Notes: generated by a model from the sequence alone, not told the origin. A stretch of DNA of 64,000 bases from Flavobacteriales bacterium (GCA_023264155.1 JALQTD010000001.1:3335-67334), one strand, 5' to 3'; shown: positions 30,506 to 40,616, counted from the first letter of the stretch. A program made the numbers and translations.

Positions 30506-31288
30506 ATGATTTGTAACTCCGTAGGTATGAAAACCTCTCTCCTGTTCATGCTCGCCGCTTGCTTGGCCTTTCCGCTCGGCAGCTGGGCCCAAGACGACGA
30601 AGAAAAGCCACTGATTCCGCAAGAAGACTACGACGAGTTGCTCATGTGGATGGTCGACGGCAAGTACGAAAAGGTGCTCTTTAAGGCCATCCGCTACACG
30701 GAAGACGACGAGACCAAGAAGGAGCCCCTCCCTTACATTTTCATGTCCGAGGCCTTTTTCCGCATCATGCAATCGGACGATCCGGATTTGGTGGAGGAAT
30801 ACGGGAACACGTTGAAGGACGCGCTGAAGTACGCTTCAAAATTTGTCAAGAAGGACAAGGATCGCGAGTACTTTGACCAGTACACCGAGTACCTGAATGA
30901 GCTGAGGCGCGCGACGATGAATGAGGCTGAAGTCTTTGTGGACGATGAAAAGTTTACCCGGGCCAAATCCTATTACAAGTACCTGTACGTCATCGACCCC
31001 GACGACGTCGGCGCGTGGATCATGTACGGCACGGTGCTTTGGAAGACCAAGGCCAAACGCGACGCCGAAGAAAACTGGGCTGAAGCCATGCGACTCCTCC
31101 AGGAATACGGGGGCAAAGGATTGCAAGAGGTGCAGCTCGATTTGCTGCGGTACGGGGTGCGCTACACCTCGGAAATGCTCGCTGATGAAGGCGATGCATC
31201 CGCCGCATTGGAATGGCTGAACGCCGTTGAAGAAATCTTCCCAGACGACCGGGAATTGAACGCCATTCGCCGGTCAATCGGTGGCTGA
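30506..31288 (+). CDS. Hypothetical secreted all-helical (TPR-like) protein
   Basis: Signal peptide MICNSVGMKTSLLFMLAACLAFPLGSWAQ, then a K/E/D/Y-rich helical sequence. ATG 30506 has a TATCTTCG box 4 nt upstream. The longer track ORF (30086) runs antisense through the helicase gene. Confidence 0.6.
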   Translation: MICNSVGMKTSLLFMLAACLAFPLGSWAQDDEEKPLIPQEDYDELLMWMVDGKYEKVLFKAIRYTEDDETKKEPLPYIFMSEAFFRIMQSDDPDLVEEYGNTLKDALKYASKFVKKDKDREYFDQYTEYLNELRRATMNEAEVFVDDEKFTRAKSYYKYLYVIDPDDVGAWIMYGTVLWKTKAKRDAEENWAEAMRLLQEYGGKGLQEVQLDLLRYGVRYTSEMLADEGDASAALEWLNAVEEIFPDDRELNAIRRSIGG

Positions 31289-32413
31289 GTCCGCCAAGCC
31301 GTGGGCCTGCAACAACTTGGGAGCCTCCTTCTGCCAGTGCAGTTGGAGGCTCGCCGCTTTCAAGCCCGGCTGAAAACCTGACGTCCGCCCACGCAAGTCG
31401 CGGATGGCGTCCGCCCACCCCGCAGGGCTGTCCTCCGACACGACCCCACCGATGGCAAAGGTGGCCACGAGGTGGGCGCAATCGGGCAGGTCGTTGGTCA
31501 GCACAGGTATGCCCGCTTGGATGTATTCAAACAGCTTGTTCGGCAGGCAATACAGGTAGCTGAGGCACGTGGGCTTGACGCTGACAAGGCCGAGGTCGGC
31601 AGTGGCCGTGTGGGCAAGCACTTGCTCATAAGGAACGGCCTCGTGGAGGTGCACGTTCGGGAGTCGTCTTGCCGCTTTTTGGACCAAATCCTCAAGCGGC
31701 CCATACCCCATGAACACGAAATGCACCCCTTCCGTTTGCAGCAAATCAGCGGCCTCCAACGCCTCCTCCAACCCGCGATTGAACGTGAAAGCCCCTTGAT
31801 ACAGCACGATGAAATCATCCGGCGCCAAGCCGAAGCGGTCCCGAAAACTGCGCGTCGCCGGGGCCCGCTGATCCACCGCGTGGGGCACGTTCCGGACGAG
31901 GTGCACCTCCGGCAAGCCATGCCGCTCGTATCGCTCGCGGTACGCTGCTTGGATCGAAGGCGACACGGTGATGACCGATGACGCGCGGTGGATGAACCGC
32001 CGCTCCAACCAAGCCACACCGCGCAGGTACGCCGCCGGTTTCGCATTCCGCTCCGCCTCGAATTCGTGGCAGTCGTAGATGAGCTCGAGTTGGGGGGACA
32101 GGATTTGGGCCAACACCCCCAACGCGAAGGCCTCCGCGTCGTTGCAATGCCATGCATCCCACCGCCGATAGCCGCGAATCACCTGCCACGCGAAGGCGCC
32201 CCACCGCACCCACCGGCTGCCGCCCGGCGCACGCAACCGGCGCACCCGCCAACCACCAGTCCGCTCCTCCCGCTCCGGCAAGTCCGACCCCGGCAGGGCC
32301 ACCACCTCCACGTCCGCTCCCGCCTCCGCCAACGTCGCGGCCACCTTGAGTACGCGGTTATCCCGCGTGAAGTCGTTCAACACGACTACCGCAATCCGGC
32401 GCCGCCCGCTCAA
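31274..32413 (-). CDS. GT-B fold glycosyltransferase (family 4-like)
   Basis: 379 aa. C-terminal block LPNKLFEYIQAGIPVLTNDLPD. Apparent TTG start overlapping the upstream TGA (TTGA); the start is uncertain. Confidence 0.75.
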   Translation of the reverse strand: MSGRRRIAVVVLNDFTRDNRVLKVAATLAEAGADVEVVALPGSDLPEREERTGGWRVRRLRAPGGSRWVRWGAFAWQVIRGYRRWDAWHCNDAEAFALGVLAQILSPQLELIYDCHEFEAERNAKPAAYLRGVAWLERRFIHRASSVITVSPSIQAAYRERYERHGLPEVHLVRNVPHAVDQRAPATRSFRDRFGLAPDDFIVLYQGAFTFNRGLEEALEAADLLQTEGVHFVFMGYGPLEDLVQKAARRLPNVHLHEAVPYEQVLAHTATADLGLVSVKPTCLSYLYCLPNKLFEYIQAGIPVLTNDLPDCAHLVATFAIGGVVSEDSPAGWADAIRDLRGRTSGFQPGLKAASLQLHWQKEAPKLLQAHGLADSATD

Positions 32414-33450
32414 CGCTCCGCCGGGTTCGGTTTCATCGGACGATCGCCCGCCGCGTACATCCGCTCGATGATGTCCACCACCTTCAAGCCCTCCAAGGCA
32501 TTCGTCGCAATGTGGCTCGCGCCGGTCAGGGCCTGCATCACGTTCTCGAACACGTACCCGTGGTTCGCCGCCGAACCTTTGTAGTGGCCGTAATCGTTCG
32601 CCGGATTCGCTTCCGGCAGTTCCGGCATTTCGTACCCCTCGATCTCACAGTACTCCACCTCATTCATGTACTGGCCGCCGACTTTCACCGTGCCCTTTTC
32701 AGCGACAATGGTCAAGCTCGACTCGAAATTTCGCTCGTGGACGGCCGTTGAGAAATTGAAACACCCCATGCCGCCTCGCACGAATTCAAAGGTCACCAGT
32801 CCACTGTCCTCAAACGCCGTGTTGTGTGCGTGGGCAAAATCGGCAAACCGGCTCTGGATGCGGTGGATGTCGCCGAACAGCCAGTACATGATGTCGACGA
32901 AATGGGAAAACTGCGTGAACAAGGTGCCGCCGTCGAGCTCCCGTGTGCCCTTCCACGGAATGTGGCCGTAGTAGCGATCGTCCCGATTCCAAAAGCATTG
33001 GATTTCAACCATGTGAATCCTCCCGAGGGTCCCCGCATCGATGAGTTCCTTGAGCCAAACCGAGGGCGGCGAGAACCGATTTTGCATGACGCAAAAGATC
33101 TGCTTTCCCCGGGCCAAAGCCGCATGCAGCACCTGCTCCCCGTCCTGACGGTTCAAGGCCATTGGCTTTTCGATGACCACGTGCAGGCCCCGCTCGATGC
33201 CCGCGAGCGCATGCGCGGCGTGCAACCCATTCGGTGTGCACACCGTCAGCACGTCCAATTCCGAACCGTGTGCATCCAACAAGTCCGTGAGGTCCGTGTA
33301 GAACGGCTCCTCCCCATCGTATGCGCAGTCCACAGCACCGCGCACGTCGGCCAAAGCGACCAACCGGCATCCTTCCTGCCGGTGCACCATTTCCGCGTGG
33401 CGCTTTCCGATGTGGCCGACGCCGACCACGGCAAACCGAATCTCATTCAT
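32410..33450 (-). CDS. Gfo/Idh/MocA-family NAD(P)-dependent oxidoreductase (sugar-nucleotide dehydrogenase-like)
   Basis: Rossmann N-terminus IRFAVVGVGHIGKRH and an EKP motif (VVIEKPMAL). Sits in an operon with the GT4 gene. Confidence 0.85.
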   Translation of the reverse strand: MNEIRFAVVGVGHIGKRHAEMVHRQEGCRLVALADVRGAVDCAYDGEEPFYTDLTDLLDAHGSELDVLTVCTPNGLHAAHALAGIERGLHVVIEKPMALNRQDGEQVLHAALARGKQIFCVMQNRFSPPSVWLKELIDAGTLGRIHMVEIQCFWNRDDRYYGHIPWKGTRELDGGTLFTQFSHFVDIMYWLFGDIHRIQSRFADFAHAHNTAFEDSGLVTFEFVRGGMGCFNFSTAVHERNFESSLTIVAEKGTVKVGGQYMNEVEYCEIEGYEMPELPEANPANDYGHYKGSAANHGYVFENVMQALTGASHIATNALEGLKVVDIIERMYAAGDRPMKPNPAER

Positions 33451-33454
33451 GGGG

Positions 33455-33462
33455 CGAAGTTA
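33455..33462 (-). promoter_or_regulatory. -7-like box TAACTTCG, 4 nt before the oxidoreductase ATG
   Basis: TAACTTCG-CCCC-ATG. Confidence 0.5.
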
Positions 33463-33477
33463 ATGCGGACCGCGGGG

Positions 33478-35757
33478 TCACCGCCGTTCGGAGCGGTTGA
33501 AAACCCGGTGTCCCAAGGTGAACTCAACGAGCCACGGATTGCGTTCGCCGCGGTAGTGTTCGAGGCCCAGGGTGGCGAGGCCGAAAGGGGTTTGGGCCAC
33601 CAGCCACGTCCCCGCCATGTAACCCGGACCCGCCTCCTCATCCAACACCGGTCCTTTGCCCGTGGGCTGGATCCGATCGAAAGGCCGATACCAATGGACT
33701 TCAGCGCGCCATCGGAGGGCCTTGAATAACCGCACATCCGCAATGGCCCCGAGCGCCACGAAGTTGTAGGCTCGGAACGATTCGAGGACTTGGGTCGAAG
33801 CCCCTGGCATCGGGTCAAATGGCCGGGTTTGGACGATGCTGCCCATGTAACTGCGGCGAAGCAATTCGTCCGACAACTGCAACTCCCCGCGGAATCCCAC
33901 GCTCAGGGCTTCATCCTGCGCCGCGGTGTATTGTTCCACCAACGCTTCGAACCGCCAAAACGCCTCCTCGGAGAGGGAGGTGTCTCGGCGGGCTAGGCCA
34001 AATTCATTGCGCAACGCATCCCGGCGCTCACCCCGGAAGCGCTTGGCGCCGAACTCCACCCGGTTCCCCGATCGGTTCATCACTTTCTCCGTCATGGACG
34101 AGCGTCGGAATCCCGCCCCAAGAACCACCCCTTCCCATTCCACCAAGTCCGTCGTATCCGTGGGGTTGAAATCAAACTGCGGATAGAAGTCATCGGTGGT
34201 TTCCAAGTGGGCTCCCCGCAGCCACATCACGCCGTGGGTACCGGTCGGCAAGAAGGCCGATGCGCCCCATTGCTGCTCGGTCATGACCAAGTAGCTCGGA
34301 CGCAGGTCTTCAAAAAACGTCGCGATGCTCCGCACATAATTCCACCGGTGCACTGTGAAATCCGGCCGCAACGCAAGCGGAACCGAACCGTGCCAATCGA
34401 GCCGGGCTTGGCCCGCAAAGGCATTGTAGAAGTTCCCAAACGTGCTGCTCGCCTCCACCGCCAACGGCACCCGACCGAAACGTGCAAAGGAAAGGCCCGC
34501 GTGTCCGAAACTCACCGGTCGCGATGCCAAGCTCCCCCCCGCCTCGAAGCGGAGATCCCGTTCCGATCGGGCGTTCACCGTCACATCAAAACGGCCCGTC
34601 TCGGTATCATAAACTGCTACAGGTCGCGCAGAAGCGATGTGCTCGTCGGATACCAGCAGGTACAGGTTGCGCTCGAGGGTGGATGCGCGCATCGGGCCAC
34701 TGGTCCGGCGCAGGAGGCGGGAGGCGTAATGGGTTTGGCCTTCACTCAAGCCGGTGACCTCAACCTGATTTACTTCAAACGGCGGAAGTGCTTCGATGAA
34801 GTCCGCCCGTTTCTTCTGCACGGCATCGGGAGGCAACCGCGCCTCGCCTACCAAGCCGAGGATGGCCTTTTGCTGGGCCATGGTCGCGTCGTATCCCTTC
34901 CGAACCGCCCGCCCTACCGCTTCGAAATCAAAGGTTCCGATGCCCGTTTCGGGTTCGATGATGAGCATGGCATCGCACAGGGGCGCCAAATTAGCAGGCT
35001 GCGTGATCATGGCCTCGAGCTGGGAAGCCGGGTTTTGGGCGGCCAATTCAATGGTGCCCTCCGACACGTTGCATCCGAGGATGACGTCGGGCGCGAACGC
35101 GTCGAACAGGACATCGCTCGGGAAGTTGTTGTACATGCCGCCATCAAAAAGGAGGCGTCCATCGACCTCGACGGGCTCGAGGAAGAACGGGAAGGTCATC
35201 GAGGCGCGGGTGGCGGTGCCAAGGTCGCCGGAGGCGAAGGTGGTGTCGGTTTTGGCCAGCACGTCCGAGGCCACGCAACGGAACGGCACGAACAGGGCAT
35301 CAAAATCGCCTCCCGCCGCCGCCGAAGCGGGCGCCAAATCCGCCATCAACGCCCAATCCGTGGGCAACCCATCGATCAAGTGGTCCTGGGTCCAACCGCC
35401 ATCAGACGACCACCGCACCTCCACCACCGACGGATCCGGATCCTGCCGCTTGAAACCGAACGTTACCGGAAACTCCCCCGTGGACCGCCGCTCAAATCCT
35501 GCTGTGTGCAACAACGAATCCATCTGCTGCGGCGACCAACCGGCCGCATAATACGCCCCCACAAGCGCCCCCATGCTCGCCCCCGCCACTGCATCAACCG
35601 GCACCCCCATCTCCTCCAGCGCCATCAAAAAGCCCACATGCGCCGCCCCCTTCGCGCCGCCCCCGCTGAGCACGACGCCCACACGGACCGGTTCCTGCCC
35701 CCGTGTCACGGAGGTCAACAGGAGCATGAGCAAGCCGATGAGAATGCGCCGGTTCAC
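33478..35757 (-). CDS. Patatin-like phospholipase with large C-terminal beta-rich (possibly Omp85/PlpD-like) region
   Basis: Signal peptide, oxyanion GVVLSGGGAKGAAHVGF, nucleophile elbow GASMGA and a ~450-aa C-terminal domain. GTG start at 35757, 4 nt after a TAAATTCG box. Confidence 0.8.
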   Translation of the reverse strand: MNRRILIGLLMLLLTSVTRGQEPVRVGVVLSGGGAKGAAHVGFLMALEEMGVPVDAVAGASMGALVGAYYAAGWSPQQMDSLLHTAGFERRSTGEFPVTFGFKRQDPDPSVVEVRWSSDGGWTQDHLIDGLPTDWALMADLAPASAAAGGDFDALFVPFRCVASDVLAKTDTTFASGDLGTATRASMTFPFFLEPVEVDGRLLFDGGMYNNFPSDVLFDAFAPDVILGCNVSEGTIELAAQNPASQLEAMITQPANLAPLCDAMLIIEPETGIGTFDFEAVGRAVRKGYDATMAQQKAILGLVGEARLPPDAVQKKRADFIEALPPFEVNQVEVTGLSEGQTHYASRLLRRTSGPMRASTLERNLYLLVSDEHIASARPVAVYDTETGRFDVTVNARSERDLRFEAGGSLASRPVSFGHAGLSFARFGRVPLAVEASSTFGNFYNAFAGQARLDWHGSVPLALRPDFTVHRWNYVRSIATFFEDLRPSYLVMTEQQWGASAFLPTGTHGVMWLRGAHLETTDDFYPQFDFNPTDTTDLVEWEGVVLGAGFRRSSMTEKVMNRSGNRVEFGAKRFRGERRDALRNEFGLARRDTSLSEEAFWRFEALVEQYTAAQDEALSVGFRGELQLSDELLRRSYMGSIVQTRPFDPMPGASTQVLESFRAYNFVALGAIADVRLFKALRWRAEVHWYRPFDRIQPTGKGPVLDEEAGPGYMAGTWLVAQTPFGLATLGLEHYRGERNPWLVEFTLGHRVFNRSERR

Positions 35758-35761
35758 GCCT

Positions 35762-35769
35762 CGAATTTA
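35762..35769 (-). promoter_or_regulatory. -7-like box TAAATTCG, 4 nt before the patatin GTG start
   Basis: TAAATTCG-AGGC-GTG. Confidence 0.45.
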
Positions 35770-35799
35770 GGACGTTCCTTCGGTTGTAACTTGCTCCGC

Positions 35800-36516
35800 A
35801 TGCGAATTGTGAGCTTGGTTCCGAGTTGGTCCGAATGGTTGGCGGATTTGGGCGTGCAGCCGGTGGGCGTGACCAAATTTTGCATCCACCCCACTGGATT
35901 GAACCGGCCTGACCGGCGCATCGGTGGCACGAAGAACGTGGACGTGGAGCGGGTGAACGCCCTGGCCCCGGACCTGGTCATCGCCTGCCGGGAGGAAAAC
36001 GTGCGGGAGCAGGTGGAGGCGTTGAACGCCCCGGTGCTGCTGACCGAAGCCCCGACGGTGCGCGAGGCGTGGCAGGAAATGCGGCGGATTGCCGAGGCCG
36101 TCGGGCGGGCCGCCGAGGGGGCGCAGTGGGTGGAGCGCATCGAGGCGGCCTGGGGGGCGCCGCGGGCGGCTGAGGCGCGGGTGGCGTATGCGATTTGGCA
36201 GGCGCCGTGGATGGTGGCGGGCGGCGGAACGTACATCCACGACGTGCTGAAGTGGTGGGGAGCCGACAACGTTTTTGCGCAACAGCCGCGCTATCCGGAG
36301 GTTACGCACTGGGGCGATGCGGAGGTCGTCCTGCTTTCGAGCGAGCCGTTCCCGTTTTCACAGGCGCACGCCGCGGATTTGCAGGCGCACGGTCAGCCCG
36401 CGCTGGTGGTGAACGGCGAGGCGTTCAGTTGGTACGGATCGCGGATGCTGCATGCGGTGGAGGACCTGCGGGCGCTTTCAGGCCAAATCGCGGCCGCCCT
36501 GTCACGCCAAACCTGA
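35800..36516 (+). CDS. Helical-backbone periplasmic-binding-protein fold protein (BtuF/TroA-like), no signal peptide
   Basis: 238 aa. MRIVSLVPSWSEWLADLGV...APDLVIA...VVLLSSEPFPF is typical of class III PBP ('cobalamin-binding') proteins. It is only the last third of track ORF 34207..36516. Confidence 0.7.
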   Translation: MRIVSLVPSWSEWLADLGVQPVGVTKFCIHPTGLNRPDRRIGGTKNVDVERVNALAPDLVIACREENVREQVEALNAPVLLTEAPTVREAWQEMRRIAEAVGRAAEGAQWVERIEAAWGAPRAAEARVAYAIWQAPWMVAGGGTYIHDVLKWWGADNVFAQQPRYPEVTHWGDAEVVLLSSEPFPFSQAHAADLQAHGQPALVVNGEAFSWYGSRMLHAVEDLRALSGQIAAALSRQT

Positions 36517-36666
36517 CAACGTGTCGCAATTTCCGGCTGGCCTGCGGGGCGAAGGGGCGGAAATGTCAGGTTGTGTCAGATTTGGTCCGCGCGGCACAAA
36601 GGTTGAACAGGGGCATGCCAAATCGCCGCAAGGCATCAACGAAGTAAACGATACAACCCCATAGAC

Positions 36667-38553
36667 ATGAGCAAGATCATCGGAATCGACCTCGGAACGA
36701 CCAACAGCTGCGTAGCCGTCATGGAAGGCAACGAGCCGGTCGTCATCACCAACGCTGAAGGCAAGCGCACCACGCCTTCGATCATCGGATTCGCCGACGG
36801 CGGCGAACGGAAAGTGGGCGAACCGGCCAAGCGCCAAGCCATCACCAACCCCAACAAGACCGTCTACTCCATCAAGCGCTTCATGGGGTCCTCATTCGAC
36901 GAGGTCAGCAATGAAGTCGGACGGGTCCCTTACAAAGTGGTCAAAGGCGACAACAACACCCCCCGGGTGGACATCGACGGCCGGCTCTACACCCCGCAGG
37001 AAATCAGCGCGATGGTGCTGCAAAAAATGAAGAAGACTGCTGAGGACTACCTCGGCCAGGAGGTCAGCGCAGCCGTGATCACGGTGCCGGCCTACTTCAA
37101 CGACGATCAGCGGAAAGCCACGAAGGAAGCGGGCGAAATCGCCGGCCTCGAAGTAAAGCGGATCATCAACGAGCCGACCGCAGCAGCCCTCGCGTACGGC
37201 CTCGACAAGAAGGCGACCGACCAGAAGATTGTGGTCTTTGACTTGGGCGGTGGCACGCACGACGTGAGCATCCTCGAGCTCGGCGATGGGGTCTTTGAAG
37301 TCTTGTCCACGGATGGGGACACCCACCTCGGCGGAGACGACTTCGACCAGCTCATCATCGATTGGCTCGTGGACGAGTTCAAATCCGAAAACGGCGGGCT
37401 CGACCTGTCGAAGGATCCGATGGCGTTGCAGCGCTTGAAGGAGGCAGCGGAGAAAGCGAAAATCGAGTTGTCCAGCACGACTTCAACGGAGATCAACTTG
37501 CCTTACATCATGCCGGTGGACGGCGTGCCGAAGCACTTGGTGCGTTCCTTGAGCCGGGCGAAGTTTGAGCAGTTGGCCGACACCTTGGTCAAGCGGACCA
37601 TTGAGCCGTGCGCTTCCGCATTGAAGGCCGCTGGTCTGGACAAATCCGACATCGACGAGGTCATCTTGGTCGGTGGTTCCACCCGGATTCCCGCCGTGCA
37701 AGACGCGGTGAAGGCGTTCTTCGGCAAGGAGCCCTCGAAGGGGGTGAACCCCGACGAGGTGGTGGCCATCGGGGCCGCCATCCAAGGAGGGGTTTTGACC
37801 GGCGAGGTCAAGGACGTGCTCTTGCTCGATGTGACGCCCCTTTCTTTGGGCATCGAAACCATGGGCGGTGTCATGACCAAGCTCATCGAAGCGAACACCA
37901 CCATTCCGACGAAGAAGTCCGAAGTGTTCTCCACCGCCAGTGACAACCAGCCGAGCGTGGACATCAAGGTCCTCCAAGGCGAGCGCTCCATGGCCAAGGA
38001 CAACAAGGAGATCGGCAACTTCCAGCTTTCTGACATCCCACCCGCACCACGCGGAGTGCCCCAAATCGAAGTCACCTTCGACATCGATGCGAACGGCATC
38101 ATCCAAGTGTCGGCCAAGGACAAAGCCACCGGCAAGGAGCAGAAAATCAAGATCGAAGCGAACAGCAGCTTGACGGAAGAGGAAATCGCACGCATGAAGG
38201 CCGAGGCGGAAGCCAATGCCGATGCCGACAAGGCAGAACGCGAGCGGGTCGACACCTTGAACCAAGCGGACGGCCTGGTTTTCCAAGTCGAAAAGCAACT
38301 CGGCGAGTTTGGCGACAAGATCCCGGCAGACAAGCGGGAGCCCATCGATGCGGCCTTGGAGGCGTTGAAACAAGCCCACGGTGCCCAAGACGTTGAGGGG
38401 TGCAAGACCCACATGGAAGCGTTGAACGCGGCCTTCCAAGCGGCGAGCCAAGAGATGTACGCGCAAAACGACGGCGCGGGCTCAGGTGAGGCTCCGCAGG
38501 GGGATGCCACCGACGCTGAAGTTTCAGACATCGACTTCGAGGAAGTGAAGTAA
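36667..38553 (+). CDS. dnaK: Molecular chaperone DnaK (Hsp70)
   Basis: [24 protein letters not shown] and [13 protein letters not shown], with full-length similarity to Hsp70. Confidence 0.97.
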   Translation: MSKIIGIDLGTTNSCVAVMEGNEPVVITNAEGKRTTPSIIGFADGGERKVGEPAKRQAITNPNKTVYSIKRFMGSSFDEVSNEVGRVPYKVVKGDNNTPRVDIDGRLYTPQEISAMVLQKMKKTAEDYLGQEVSAAVITVPAYFNDDQRKATKEAGEIAGLEVKRIINEPTAAALAYGLDKKATDQKIVVFDLGGGTHDVSILELGDGVFEVLSTDGDTHLGGDDFDQLIIDWLVDEFKSENGGLDLSKDPMALQRLKEAAEKAKIELSSTTSTEINLPYIMPVDGVPKHLVRSLSRAKFEQLADTLVKRTIEPCASALKAAGLDKSDIDEVILVGGSTRIPAVQDAVKAFFGKEPSKGVNPDEVVAIGAAIQGGVLTGEVKDVLLLDVTPLSLGIETMGGVMTKLIEANTTIPTKKSEVFSTASDNQPSVDIKVLQGERSMAKDNKEIGNFQLSDIPPAPRGVPQIEVTFDIDANGIIQVSAKDKATGKEQKIKIEANSSLTEEEIARMKAEAEANADADKAERERVDTLNQADGLVFQVEKQLGEFGDKIPADKREPIDAALEALKQAHGAQDVEGCKTHMEALNAAFQAASQEMYAQNDGAGSGEAPQGDATDAEVSDIDFEEVK

Positions 38554-38579
38554 TTCGACACCAGTGCTGGTGTTTAAAC

Positions 38580-38611
38580 GCCCCTCGGCTCAGGTCGGGG
38601 GGCTTTTTTTT
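38580..38611 (+). terminator. Intrinsic terminator after dnaK
   Basis: 10-bp GC-rich stem (GCCCCTCGGC / GTCGGGGGGC, two G-U pairs), a 4-nt loop, then T9. Confidence 0.85.
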
Positions 38612-38653
38612 GGTCCCTTGTTGAGTTGCGGCATTTCTCCCGAAATTGCACGT

Positions 38654-39661
38654 ATGACTACACGAAGGGCATTTTTGAAATCGGCGGGAAGTTTGGCCAC
38701 AGGCTTGGGGTTGGGAGCTGCAGGCATGCAGCGTTGGATGGGGGCTTGGACCGCTCAGCCGCTTCCTGTTGTGGCGGGTTCCATGCAAGGTCCGGTGAAA
38801 ATGATTTCCACTTGGAACCATGGAATGCCCGCCAACGAGGCTGGCATGGCCGCGGCCTTGAAAGGAGCTTCGGCGTTGGACATGGTGGAGGCGGGCGCTC
38901 GACTCGTGGAGTCCGATCCGGAGGGCCAGAGCGTCGGCGTAGGTGGGCTGCCCGACCGCGATGGCCACGTCACACTGGACGCTTGCATCATGGATCACAC
39001 GCTCAATGCGGGCAGTGTCTGCTTTGTCCAAAACATTGAACACCCCATCACCCTGGCCCGCCGCGTCATGGAGGACACGCCGCACGTCATGCTCGCGGGC
39101 GCGGGTGCCGAGCAGTTCGCCGCAAGCCTCGGGATGCCAACGCGCGATTTACTCACCCCGGCTTCGGCGGCGGCCTTGAAGGAATGGCAAGCCACGTCGG
39201 AGTACGCCCCCATCATCAACATCGAAAACCACGACACCATCAGCTTGCTTGCCCGGGATGAACAAGGCCGGTTAGCTGGCGCGTGCACAACGAGCGGCCT
39301 CGCCTACAAAATGCATGGCCGCGTGGGCGACAGCCCCATCATCGGTGCCGGGCTCTACGTGGACGGAGAAGTCGGCGCTGCCGCCGCCACGGGGCTCGGC
39401 GAAGCGGTGATGCGGACCCTGGGTTCATTCCTCGTGGTGGAGCTCATGCGCGGGGGCATGTCCCCGCAAGCGGCAAGCGAGGAAGCCATCGGACGCATCA
39501 TGGAACGCATGGACACGGCGGACCTGCAAGTGGGCTACATCGCTTTGGGAGCCGACGGTGAAACAGGCGGACATGCCATACACCCCCATTTTTCCTATGC
39601 CGTCCATGAATTGAAGCGGGGGAACATCAAGGGCTCCCTTGTGGAAAGCAGCCATGCCTGA
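38654..39661 (+). CDS. N4-(beta-N-acetylglucosaminyl)-L-asparaginase (glycosylasparaginase, Ntn hydrolase) with Tat-like signal
   Basis: MTTRRAFLKSAGSLATGLGLGAAG signal. HDTISLLARDEQGRLAGACTTSGLAYKMHGRVGDSPIIGAGLYVD matches the flavobacterial AGA autoprocessing and active-site region. Confidence 0.85.
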   Translation: MTTRRAFLKSAGSLATGLGLGAAGMQRWMGAWTAQPLPVVAGSMQGPVKMISTWNHGMPANEAGMAAALKGASALDMVEAGARLVESDPEGQSVGVGGLPDRDGHVTLDACIMDHTLNAGSVCFVQNIEHPITLARRVMEDTPHVMLAGAGAEQFAASLGMPTRDLLTPASAAALKEWQATSEYAPIINIENHDTISLLARDEQGRLAGACTTSGLAYKMHGRVGDSPIIGAGLYVDGEVGAAAATGLGEAVMRTLGSFLVVELMRGGMSPQAASEEAIGRIMERMDTADLQVGYIALGADGETGGHAIHPHFSYAVHELKRGNIKGSLVESSHA

Positions 39662-40538
39662 ACCGAACGCTCCTGTTACCACCTCCCCCCTCCTCGCGCT
39701 GATTCGGCTCACACGGCCGTGGAACGTGCTGATGATTGGGGCGGCCATGTGGGTTTTCTTCGTACGGTTCCTCGATGTGCCACTGGCGGACCACGGATGG
39801 GCGGTGCTGGCTATGGCCGCGGCGGCGGCGGCCGGAAACGTCATCAACGACTACTTCGATGTGCGCGAGGACCGGGTGAATAAGCCACGCCGCGCGCTTG
39901 TGGGCCGGGTGGTGAAACGGCGGATTGCTCTGGCGACCCACCATGTGCTTTCGGGAATGGCGCTCTTTGCTGCAGGATACGGAGCCTGGCAGATGCAGGC
40001 GTGTTGGCCGCTGATTTACATGGTGGTACTGGGGGGCGCGCTCGCCGCGTACAGTCCGTTTTTCAAGCGTTCGTTTTTGCGGGGCAACCTGCTCATTGCG
40101 TTCGCAGTCGGGCAGTTGCCGCTTTGGGCTGGCGGGGTCGTGGGTACGGAGGATGAAAGGTTATGGCAGGTGTTGATGGGCTATGCTGCGCTGTCGTTTT
40201 GGCTCACGTTGGTGCGCGAGATCACCAAGGATCTGCAGGATGCGGAGGGGGACGCCCGCTGGGGATACGACACGCTGGCGGTCCGCTGGGAACGCATCCG
40301 GACGGTGCAGCTGTTGCATGGGCTGCTGGCTTTGGGGGCGCTGGGCTTGGGCACCGCGGCGACTTGGTGGTGGGGCCAAATCGGGGTACCCGCAAGCTGG
40401 TGCATGGCCTTCCTCCTCCCCTACTTTGCCGGCTGGGTCACCCTGCGCAATGGGGACGTCACGCGACTTTCAGCCTGGCTGAAATTGAGCTTGGCGGGGG
40501 GCCTGGTGGCGTTGGCTGCTGCACCGCCTTTGGCCTGA
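39654..40538 (+). CDS. UbiA-family prenyltransferase
   Basis: Polytopic protein with the first Asp-rich motif NVINDYFDVREDRVNKP and the second ITKDLQDAEGD. 8-nt overlap with the upstream gene. Confidence 0.8.
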   Translation: MPEPNAPVTTSPLLALIRLTRPWNVLMIGAAMWVFFVRFLDVPLADHGWAVLAMAAAAAAGNVINDYFDVREDRVNKPRRALVGRVVKRRIALATHHVLSGMALFAAGYGAWQMQACWPLIYMVVLGGALAAYSPFFKRSFLRGNLLIAFAVGQLPLWAGGVVGTEDERLWQVLMGYAALSFWLTLVREITKDLQDAEGDARWGYDTLAVRWERIRTVQLLHGLLALGALGLGTAATWWWGQIGVPASWCMAFLLPYFAGWVTLRNGDVTRLSAWLKLSLAGGLVALAAAPPLA

Positions 40539-40616
40539 AAACCGGTTAATGTTGGCATAACATAAAGGCGAAGAAGAGTTCACTTCTGACGTCATGTTAA
40601 GACCGCGCAAAGTGGT

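Noticed and set aside
30506-31288. Locally lower GC in genes 30506-31288 and 46496-47554, as a sign of horizontal transfer or an island
   Set aside because: The composition is explained by Lys/Glu/Asp/Tyr-rich proteins. There are no flanking direct repeats, tRNA genes, integrases or transposases, and the promoters have the same native architecture.
34207-35799. The N-terminal ~530 aa of the 769-aa ORF 34207-36516
   Set aside because: This part is antisense to the patatin gene and has shadow-ORF composition. Only the last 238 aa (from ATG 35800) look like a real protein.
36513-36666. The structured region upstream of dnaK. It has nested imperfect complementarity: CTGACAAC (36513-36520) with GTTGTGTCAG (36570-36579), and AATTTCCG (36528-36535) with CGGAAATG (36558-36565).
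   Set aside because: There is no CIRCE element (TTAGCACTC-N9-GAGTGCTAA) and no U-tract, and the pairing needs bulges. It may be a weak terminator for the upstream gene or a heat-shock leader, but I cannot support either.
40540-40547. The palindrome AACCGGTT just after the UbiA-family gene, as a possible terminator or operator
   Set aside because: It is 8 bp with no loop and no U-tract, which is too short to be meaningful.
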